Notes under the pieces: generated by a model | What the model saw: only the letters and a program-made list of their open reading frames with translations | The model's database searches: none | Told to the model about the DNA's origin: nothing | Part shown: positions 49,210 to 61,800 of the stretch, one piece after another | How the letters are laid out: each line of letters begins with the position of its first letter | Position numbering within the stretch: the first letter of the stretch is position 1 | From: Fistulifera solaris | Lineage: Eukaryota | NCBI GenBank assembly: GCA_030295235.1 | Contig: AP026125.1 | Span: 310,001-374,000 of the forward strand | Direction of reading: 5' to 3' | Length of the DNA stretch: 64,000 nt | Translations under genes and position numbers: made by a program

Positions 49210-50249
49210 ATGGCGAAAACTTTTCCCCGCGACAGACCCAGTTTGAAAAACAAGGCCACAATTCCTTCCCAGCAATTGTTCGAACCTTCCATCTACACGT
49301 ACACTTGTCGGGGATCGTATTTTGTCTCGACGACACAGCCGACCGATCAGAGAGAAGGAACTTGTAAGGGCTTACGGTCGCGACTCGAATTGTTGTCGGA
49401 TTTGGACGTGAACACGAGGAAAGGTGCCTTGGAGCAATTTACCGTTTGGGCCGCCGGGGTGACCCCTCCGAGGCTGGGTTTGCCGAAACACAAGAAGGCG
49501 TCGAAATGGATCCGCAAGCCATGTCGGTGGTCGTTTCTCCGGCTTTGATTTTTCCCGATGCCATGTCAAAGACGGTGATTGACGCCGCCAAGAAAGCGGA
49601 CAAGAAGAAAGGAAAGAAACACGACGCTATCATTGAGTCTGCCGACGATTCGAATACCATTACCAGCATCGATTCGTCTTCACGCTTACCAGAAGAAGAG
49701 TTAATTAAACGACAGGACTGGGGCTGTTACGGCTCGACTCAGGTTGATTACCTTCTTTTGAAAAATCCGGAAACGGGCGAGGAGGCGATTGCCGCGGTCG
49801 CGCCGAGAAATCATGGTCTTTCGATTCGCGAAATACGGGCAGATCAAGGCGTCAACATATCGTGCTATGGTATTGGATGGCTCAGCTTCATTATCGATTG
49901 GAAGAGCGACACCGAAGAGACAGCAACTTCTAACAATCCACAGCCTGAAGCGAACTCGGCGGTTGAGGAGATGCGCCACAAATCTACGGCCGATGCATTG
50001 GCGTCCGCCAAACAATCCGCGCTCTACGCTGCTAATTTTACGTCAAAAGTAGGGGAACACATGGTAGCTAATGTTTCCTGGATTATACAAGCATGCGGTG
50101 CCGATTTTCCGGCAAGGACATTGGCGACCGGAAAGGACATTCTCCACGAGATGCCAGCTACAATCGAACGAACGGGAAAGTTTATGGGTCGTCTCGTGGG
50201 TCGGATAGTCGATGACCTCTTTGGTGACGATGGCCGTAGACCAAGGTGA
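49210..50249 (+). CDS. Hypothetical protein (frameshift near 49440)
   Basis: ORFs 49210-49548 and 49446-50249 overlap and join. Spaced Cys-Gly motifs TCRG, TCKG, WGCYG, SCYG. Confidence 0.65.
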
Positions 50250-50296
50250 TCAACAAGCTAAAAAAGTTTATTAAGCTACTCGCTTTTATATCACTA

Positions 50297-52859
50297 TTAA
50301 CGTCCGATGCCTCGTCCAATAAAAATCGTTTGCCTGCGTTCATGAAACCGAATCACCTCGTTCGCTTGCAACTGCCTCAAAGCATTCAAGAGTCTGTCAT
50401 GATCTGGTTCTTGATCGCTGCCCTGGATTTGGGCAAGTTGGGTCGACACCTCTCGGACCGTCATGGTTTGGCCGTGACGCTCGCGGACCAGCTCTTGTAA
50501 ATGAACCAACAGGATTTCGTCATCATGACGATCCGCCGCGGAACGTCCCACCGCCAGCACATCCATGTCAATGCGACCCGTCCGGGGATCTGTCGCAGCT
50601 GTTTGAGTGGCCACCTCCCACAAACGAACCGCTTCAATCACATCCGCTCGCGTGACCGTTTCGCGGTAGCGTATTTTGGCCAGCGCTTCGGAGATTCGAA
50701 CCAATGACTCTAGCTGTCGTGGTGTCGCCGAGATGGTTCGGGCGGCGGCGCCACGTGCCCGCATTTCCAAGTAGCTCTCCAATAACTGGTCAGATGCTTC
50801 ATCGGACAGCTGGGGATGAATGTTTTGGCGGGCGTAGTCAATGTAATCACGCAATAAAGCATGGTCCATGGGGGTTGCACCACATTCGGCGTTTCATAGT
50901 ACAGTCCCACCAAATGCTGCGCCAACTGCCGGTCCTGCTGCTCATTGGGTTGATCAAGTATCAAATAGATCAAATCAAATCGACTCAACAACGTCGGTGG
51001 AAGTTGAATGTTTTCCACCACACTCTTCGCTGGATTGTATCGGGAATCAATCGGATTGGCGGAAGCCAGTACCGATGTCCGAGCCGGGAGTGTGGCGAGA
51101 ATGCCGGCTTTCGCCATGGACACGGTCTGCTGCTCCATGGCTTCGTGCAGAATGGATCGTGTGGTATCCGACATTTTGTCAAATTCGTCAATGCAACAAA
51201 TCCCCAAATCACTCAACACCAGCGCACCACTTTCCAAGACCAGTTCCCGGGTCTCGGGATCCCGCACCACCGAGGCCGTCAGTCCCACGGCCGAACTGCC
51301 CTTGCCCGACGTGTAGACACCGCGCGGACTCAGTTTGTGCACGTATCCGAGCAGCTGTGATTTGGAAGTACCGGGATCACCACAAAGTAAAATATTAATG
51401 TCACCGCGTTTGTTCAACTTGGCAGTTGCCGTGGTAGGATCCTCGTCGGATGGATTCTCCTCATCCAACCACGCATCTTCCTGATTGTTGTCGGACGGCG
51501 GTGTATTCTGCACCCGCACGGAGTTTCCCCCAAACATCATGCACAAAATCCCTTTCTTGACATCATCCAATTCCCAAATGGACGGCGCCAACGATGCCGT
51601 CAATTGCTCGTAAATATCGGGTCTTTTGGAAAGGGCGTACAATTCTTGGACTCGTTCCTGCGTCCATTTCGATGAAACGACCGAACGATCTTGTTGCATC
51701 GTCGTCAATTTCCGAAAATGCACGACATCAATGTACGTCTTGTAAATCGTTTTGAGTTTGCGCATCCGCGGATGTACTCGGACGGGTTGGGCCCGTAACA
51801 CACCCGTCACTTCGACTTTATCACCCGGTTGCATGGCATCGACCAAATCATCAAACGCGTACGTAATGACCGAAGCCGGCGTTTGTCCCGCCGGTACTTG
51901 ATCGGGTGTTTCTTGCAATCGTACCAGTTGCTTGTCCGCAAACGTACAACGATTGTGTTGCAATTGAAAGGCATCGCGAGTCGTACACGTGGGACACGGT
52001 CCGGTGGGTTCGGTGATGCGACCCCGATCCAACGTGACGGCCACGGCGTGTCCACAGATGCAACAATTGAAATGGGCGACTTTGAGATCGGGAATGAGGG
52101 GCGAACATCGGACGATCATGCCTTGAATGGTAATGAGTGAATCGAGGGCGACCGGATCGAGACTGCGCAAATGAGACACTTGTCGCAAATGGAAGGGACG
52201 GACTTGGACGCGGGGGGAATGGGCCACGGGTCTCCGTATCCCAATCGGGCGCGAGTCGTTCGAGTTCGCGATGGACGAGTAAATCCATGAGCGGAATGAT
52301 TTCCATGGGGAAGGAGACCATTTGATGATAGAATTTTTGACAAGCTTCACTGTGAAAGTAAATATGCATGGCATCAATATCAAGACTCGCCGTGGCGGTG
52401 GATGGATGGGTCGGTACAGTTTCGTCGCGCCAGTGTCCGTGCGTGAGCAACGATTGCAATTGGGCCATGTAGAATGGGGGCTCGTCTTCTTGTTCGTCAT
52501 CACTCTCCGAGTCATCGTCGTCATTCCGCTGTGCCCGCAACGATCGAAAATGACGCAAAAAAATCGACAAAGGCCGCGGCGGCGGTCGGTACATGCACAT
52601 TCGTTCCTCGAATCAAGGCAATGTCTTGATCAATGGCGACTTCACCATTGTTATTGCTGGGTACATCGACTTCTTCCTCCTCCGGCGGTTCGTCTTCATT
52701 CGGTTCGACGGTCGAGGAGGGTGAAAGTGGAGGCGCCTGGCTGATCGAACTCATGGGACTGGGAGGAAGATGATTAACCGGTGAATTGGGTCGACTGTCA
52801 TTGGTCGTAGGACTCCGCGGCGGAGTCGGAGGAAGTTCGACATCGTCGTCGTAATCCAT
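50297..52859 (-). CDS. MCM4: DNA replication licensing factor MCM4 (several indels)
   Basis: S/T-P-rich N-terminus, IRGTNV, Zn finger CCIC…CPTC, LQETPDQVPAGQTP, GDINILLCGDPGTSKSQLL, IDEFDKM, SRFDL, ISATPRQLESLVR, AATDPRTGRIDMD. Confidence 0.96.
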
Positions 52860-53037
52860 GTTTTCGATGTAAGAGTATTGATTATTATAAACTAGCCGAA
52901 AGTTACAAAAAGAGAGTAGCAGCAGATAATAGTAAATGAATATTCGATATTGGTCCTCTTGAGAATGAGTTTCTTGTTGGTTGGTGTGGTGCTGCTGCAA
53001 CGGGCGCATCATTTTTTTTTTGTTCGGGGAAAAAGTA

Positions 53038-53046
53038 TTTCCCGCC
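53038..53046 (+). promoter_or_regulatory. E2F-type element TTTCCCGCC in the MCM4 / GET2-like bidirectional promoter
   Basis: Exact match to the canonical E2F consensus TTTSSCGC ~180 nt upstream of the MCM4 ATG. MCM genes are classic E2F targets. Confidence 0.6.
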
Positions 53047-53203
53047 ATCCTCGCGCGCGCCTTCGTAAAACAGCTTCGTGTCGTTGCGTAACCCTTCTGT
53101 ACGTCGCTCGAAACAGAGGATGTTGCGGTTCGCGGCGACCATGACGAGAGGCGAGTCAACTATACATTATTTCATGAAATCATCCAACAATTGATCGGTA
53201 AAC

Positions 53204-54481
53204 ATGTCCGAAGATTTAGAAGAAAAAGCCCGCGCCCAAGCCGAAGCGCGACGACAGCGCATCTTGGAAGGCGCGAATCGTCGGATGGACCAAGTGTCCG
53301 GTCTCGGGGACGAGAAAGGTTCCTCCAACAAATTAGCCGCCATGCGGCGTCGTCGGTTTGCCAAAAGAAAGAATCGCCTGCAACAACAGAAGAAGAAGAA
53401 ACAAAAGCGAATGCAAAAGAGGAAGAGATAACAGAAGAATCCACCACGAAAGAAGAGCAAACAAACGAAGAAACGAAAGAAGATAAAACACCAGTCGCCG
53501 AAGATACGAATGTGGAGGAGATCGAAGAAGTTTATACCACAGGAACACAACCAGAAGAAAAGAAAAAAATACATGGGAGTGGCCAAAATGCGTCGTATGA
53601 GATTGCAAGAAAAGAAACAACAAGAAGTACAGCAGCAACAAAGTATTCCGTTGCAACAACGATCGACGTCGTTGGCGGATCGGATTCCCATTTATATGCA
53701 TGTACTCGTCGTATTGTTGTTGTTTGGAGCCGGTCTTGATGTGGGAATGCAGCTGCATTTGTCGTACAGTAAGGGAGATTTGCCGGAAATCGTCCAACGG
53801 GGTCCGTTGGGACCGCTCGAGATGAAATTTGTCAACATTGTTCCCAGTGCGATGAATCCGTGGTCGTCAAAGGTCGAAACGTCCCCCATCCTCGAGGACA
53901 GTAGTCGTCCGACCGAGTATTCCGAAGACTCAACCGACGAATTTGCCGAACATACACCCAAACGCGGTGTCGATGATCATGATGCGAATATTGATCCTCT
54001 GTTCGGGCTCGATTTGGACAAATACACCGCCGGTAGCGGACTCGTCATGTTCTTGGGTCGTCAGGCGGTCAAAGTACATCGCCTCAATCTCGCCCTCTTT
54101 TACTATGGTCCACGTAAAGTGGTGACCGGAATTTGGGGATTGTTGCAATCCTTCCGCACGGTCCCCCCCACTATTGGGAATCATTGCCTTGTTCATTCGT
54201 CAAGTCGTAGCATCGGCCCTGGGGGCGCACTTACCGACCGTCGTGGAAGATGAAGCGGCTCATAAGGATATCGTCAGCACCGGCGTGACCATGGTCAAGA
54301 ACTTTTGGCCGGTTCCTTTCCTAAATTGGTGACGGTGTATCGGGCCTGGACGCATTTGCGGTCCGACATGTACGTGGTCACGTGCGGATGTTTGGTCGGT
54401 CTCGCCCTCTCGCATTCGATGCTGGTGCAAGACCATGAACCCGTGATGGAGGAACCGATCGGGACGGGTGACGAGCTTTAG
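53204..54481 (+). CDS. GET2/CAML-like ER membrane receptor candidate (several indels)
   Basis: N-terminal AEARRQRILEGANRRMDQVSG matches the GET2/CAML Get3-binding helix. Acidic disordered linker, several TM segments, ends …GDEL*. Confidence 0.6.
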
Positions 54482-54671
54482 AAAAATACTCATTCTAATC
54501 GTACATGTTTACAAAAGAGCGACTTTAGTGCAGAAGAACTAGACTAATAGTGGTCCTACAAGCAGCTTTTCTAATAAATTTCTCTACTATATTCACCAAC
54601 GCCCACCAACATTCCAAGAATAGCACGAATAAGACAACAATGGCCAGATGGCATTCGTAAAGGCATCGAAT

Positions 54672-56858
<2,187 letters not shown>

Positions 56859-57416
56859 TTTGTTAGTCTTTTTGTATGACTGATGTAAAATGACACAATT
56901 TAAAGAAGAGTGTTGGATCCGATTGCAATACACAACTATCAAATGAAGCAATCGTCGAAACGATTTTGAAACTAAAAATATTTTGCAAGAAAAGCGGATG
57001 TGAAGCGAACAAATCGGAAGGACGATGATGATGCGCGTCTGCCCGCGCACTTGTCCAGTACACTCTGCGTCAGTATCGAGCCAATGGTTGGCTGAGCAAC
57101 AGGCAGACAGGCTGCTTCCACGTCAGCAAGATCATCGCAAAGTTCCCTCCAGTCCGTACGGCTTTCGCATTAACCCGTTCCTTCGTAAAAGGCTCTCGAG
57201 CTCGAAGACGACCCTCTCTCTAGTAGACTGGAACAAAGCGGAACTTACACCAGAAATCAACATTTTAAAGAATGATAAAGAACGACGTCTGAATTTTTGA
57301 TTCACCAAAGTTAGACTTGTTCGAAAGAAAAATCCCTTGTAAAACTTAGTTCTAATTAGGATTGAATATTGTCGAAGTCGTTTTTCTACAAACAAAGTTG
57401 ACACATCATCTAATCG

Positions 57417-58387
57417 TTAAGCGCGAGCCGTTTCGCACATGCCGCATAGTCGCGCGATCGGGGGATTGAGATACGTGCAAGCCCGACAGCTCCATTCGAC
57501 AGAATCTTTCACCGGCGTGTCTTCACTGGTCAAGTCGACGAAGGCAGGCTTCTTGGACGAAACGACAGGTTCCGTCGTATTTGTTGACTCATCATCGTCT
57601 TCATCACTCAGGTCAATCACACAAGGCTGACAACATTGAGTCCCTTTGATACGAAGAAGCTGCCGTTGTCGAGCTTGAGCCGCGGCGACGGCAGCCTCGG
57701 AAGGTGTCATGTACTTTTGAAAACAACAGTCTCCGCCCAATTTGTGTCCCAATGCTACCAAGCGACTGGGGTGTCTGCCAGAAGGATTGCCTCCCCGAGT
57801 CGCTGTCCGGAACCCGAAAAGGGTAACATCGGTTGCAGACCGTTTCCCATCGTCAAACGAGACGCCAGTAATTTGGCATGCTCCTCTAAAATCCCTTCCA
57901 TAATTTCAAAAAACTTTTTTGTCGTGGGGCCCACGTTCGCAGTGCGCGCCAATTCGTGGGCGAATGTACCCGCAATGTCTTCATAATCGTAAAACGCACC
58001 ATGATTGTGCACATGTCGCATGCGTAAGTGAATCTCGTGGCTTTTATTTCCATTGCGACTCAGTGTTTGATTGTAGCCCAACACATTGTCGGGCTGCTGG
58101 TTCTTCTTTCGACGACACAGTGCATCCAATCCATCGCCGCAACAGCAAAATTCGGACACGGAGAGAATTTTATAACCACGTCGCATAATGATGGGAAGAA
58201 ATTCACGCACGACGCGTTCCATCAGCGCTTTGCAAGAGTCCGCTTGTGGTAGTTGATGTAACACAAACAAGGGTGGCATATCGGAAATGGGCAAGGACAT
58301 GGCGGCCGCCGCCTCCTTAGGAGGTAAGGAAGCGACCAAGGGAGCCAGATCACGAACGGTTCGAATTCGTTTTCTTGCGGTGGACAT
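57417..58387 (-). CDS. WSS1: WSS1/WLM zinc metalloprotease with SUMO-interacting motifs and C-terminal RanBP2 zinc finger (indels)
   Basis: PIIMRRGYKILSVSEF, VLGYN, IHLRMR, TFAHELA(H), FSGSGQRLG, AAVAAAQAR, SIMs VIDLSDEDDD and FVDLTSED, WSCRACTYLN…CGMC. Confidence 0.88.
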
Positions 58388-58541
58388 TGTCAAAGCTAGT
58401 TGATACTGTCAGTACGGAATTAAAGAATCATTATTTCTTGTGTGAGAAAAGGAACGAGGTTGACCACGAAAGAAAACTTGTTGGATCGATCTCTTTCGAA
58501 AAAATAAAACTTCCTTCCTCCACAATGAATCAATCCAGATG

Positions 58542-58854
58542 TGTTAGGGACAGGGATGGATCGGTAGTGCCACGTCACCGTGCATTTATGCCTTAAGGTT
58601 ACATCGGTTCCACCTTGACATTATCCCTTCTATTTGGTCACGGATGCATAAGCTATGCATAACACTTGGAAGTGAGTGACCTAATGGGTGATCTAGCGGT
58701 TAAGCTAGATCATGAAAGCGTGAACAGAGACGTCGAGCAGGAATTGGAGATGCAAGAGCATTCCATCATTTCGACTAGTTTAGAGCTCACAGTTTTGAGC
58801 CCGGTAAAATAAATGCTCATTACGGCTTGTAATCAGTACTTCTAGACTTATTCA
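58542..58854 (+). repeat. Putative 5' LTR of the copia element
   Basis: Starts TGTT, contains AATAAA (~58808), ends near …TTCA before gtttatcaaagaccca and the gag ATG at 58883. The 3' LTR is outside the window, so ends are unverified. Confidence 0.5.
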
Positions 58855-61800
58855 GTTTATCAAAGACCCAGCTTTAACCAAGATGGATTCCTTTGGGAGA
58901 TTGATGGAACGGCGATTGAGCGGATTGCGGCAGGGCATCCTCCACCTCGGATTGCGATTGGTCAGCCAAATCCCGAGGCAGGTGCGATTCGCCCTCATGT
59001 CCCAACTCAGTATCGCATTCCAGGCGGATTTCCAAATCCACCACCCGAGGCCCCGCTCAATGGAACCGCGGGCTTGAGATTGGTCTTAGCACAGTGTGGG
59101 TTAACTGATGCACAGACGGCGTCTCTCATGGGAAATAACATCACGTGTCTTGAAGATTTCGGCGAACTTGGCGAAGAAGAAGTCGAAGAGCACCTAAAGA
59201 TACTTGCTTCCGGAAGAAAGAGGAGGTATGGTGCTTGGACTTGGAGTGGTGCCAAGAGTCAAGGCACTTTCTACACTTTGCATGAACTTGCAAGATCGGG
59301 AGATGGCGTTCTCGATGCATACAAGGTGACAATTCCGTATCTTCGGAATGGCAAAGCAAATCGAAAGTGGTTGTCAAAGGCAATGACAAACTCGAAGTTT
59401 CGATGCCCGAGAAGTTTGATTATAAGGATTGGGTTTCGTTCAAAGATGGAATCGAGAACTACTTCCGTCAGACGAAAGGAACTCGGATGATCCCGTTATA
59501 CTACATAATTCGCGAGTGAAACACCTCCGACTGGCATCATGAGTTTCGCGAGAGGCTCGTTTGTGGAACGCGCGTCATGATGGTCCCGAGTACGAAGATG
59601 ATAATGCACGCGTCTACCAGCAGTTGGTACAAGTCTTTCGTGGTACCGACGGATGGGCTTATGTGGCAATGGCAAAGCCCCAAGATGGACGTGCAGCATG
59701 GAAACGCTTGTGTCATCATTATGACGGTCCTCACGCTGTGGAGAAGCGTATTGCTTGGGCAAAGTCGGAGATAACCAACACGGTCTACGCATCCGAAGCA
59801 CGTTTTCCGCTTGAACGCTACGTCACAAAGCTAACGGATTGTTTCCGTATCTTGGAACAAAACGGTGCTGCAAAGAGTGAACGAGAGAAAGTCGATGCTT
59901 TCTACGCCCGGCCTGAAAAGTACAAATGAAGATTTCAAGTCACTTGTTACTTTGATTTTCAACAACATTGAAGTGCGGAATAATTACCAAGCAACTGCCG
60001 ATGCTCTACTGGAATCAAGTTATCGCATGGCGTCGATCACTCAGAGAGAATCTACTAGTGCTCGAAAAGTGGCTAAGAATGCCAAGCGCGACGGAAAATC
60101 TGGTAATGGCAATTCGAACAAGAAAAAGGCCAAAAGTAATGATGGTCAGAGCGGACCACCGGCGGGAACTTATGTTCTTGATGAGAAGAACGGGAAGAAG
60201 CTTTGTAATGGGATTGACGTTACAAATCCAAAGCGAAACTTTACCAACGAAGAATGGGGAAAGATGGGGCGATTACGTTTCTATCCTGAAGGCGAACGTA
60301 AGATTGCGGCAGCCAACACGAATAATTCTTCCGGGAATGGCAGTCGTTTTGGAACTGGCGGTCAAGGCAGCTGAGGACGTGGCGGTAGGACTAGTGGTCA
60401 AGATAGGAAAGTATCTGTGCTTCGAGTAACACAGATGCGTAAGCTAGCCAAGCTTATTACATCTACACCACATCCCACGGCAGCCAGATCATAGAGCAAA
60501 CTGCGAACTCGACTCGCATGCCGATACAACATGTTTCGGTTCCAATTTAGCACCATTTGGATTCACCGACATGACATGTACCGTCTTTCCATATAGCGAA
60601 GACTACGATGCCAAGCAAGATGTTCCGATAGTACATGCCGCAACAGCCTACGATGATCCAGTAACGGGTCACACTACATTATTGTGTTTCTACCACGGAC
60701 TATGGTTTGGGAATACATTGAATGGAAGTCTCATCAATCCAAATCAATGCCGTGCTTATGGTATCGATATATGTGATGATCCATGGGACAAATATCGCGG
60801 CCTACGACTTCGAATACCTGATGAAGGATTCGAGATACCTTTCTCTTATTCGGGTAACGTCGTTTCATTCGGAGACAAGAGTCCCAACGCCAGAGGAGTT
60901 GAATGATTGTCCAAAATATGACATGACTTCAAAGGTTGCTTGGGATCCTGCAACAATTGGAGCACCAAAGTTGTCGCGGGAAGAGGAGGCACGGAAGCGA
61001 TTAATTGGTCAAGTTAAGATTGAATCAAATATTGTGGACAGGGAGTCCGCGCTACTCCGTCAAGGGGAGCCCGAATTTGATGTTTTATTGAATGATTGCA
61101 GTTCGGTGTTTTCAGAGAAAGTGTTTACACAGAAACTCATTGCAGCGGTCAAGATTGCGAGTCCTTATGATCCACCATCGATAGAGGAGTTTCGTTCAGA
61201 GGAGCAATCGGATGCAAAGATCAACGCCAATTGGGAGTGGCACTCGACATTCAAGAGCAACACCAGAAGAAATTTCGAAGAAATTTGGTTGTGGGTTGGA
61301 AACAGCGGCAAAGACGCTGAAAGCTACAACGAATTATGGTGTAAGAACTGCAACAGGTCCATTAATTCGAAGGTATCGAACCGACATTATGCAATCGACA
61401 CATCGGCGAATTCGTGCAACCGTTTTTAACGACACCATGTTTGCGAAGGCGAAAAGTCTGCGAGGTAATAAGAGTGCAGAAGTTTTCACGGATGGACATT
61501 TCGTGACAGTCAAGCCAACTACCAACAAAACTGGTGAAACGGTAGCGAATGCATTGCGCGAATTGATCCAAGAGGTGGGGATACCTCAGAAGATCGTTAC
61601 CGATGATGCTAAGGAGAAGCTCGGTCCGAATCACGAAGTGGATGGAACACATTCGACATTATAAAATGGATTGGGGCAACACGGAACCTTATTCGCATTG
61701 GCAGAATAGAGCCGAAGATGCGATTCGTGAAGTAAGACGAAGGTGGAAGCTTTTACAACATCGACGAGCGATTCCGAAAAGACTTTGGGACTACGGGTTG

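Noticed and set aside
57061..57400. Heat-shock elements upstream of mtHSP70
   Set aside because: Only degenerate nGAAn/nTTCn pieces; no convincing triple inverted array.
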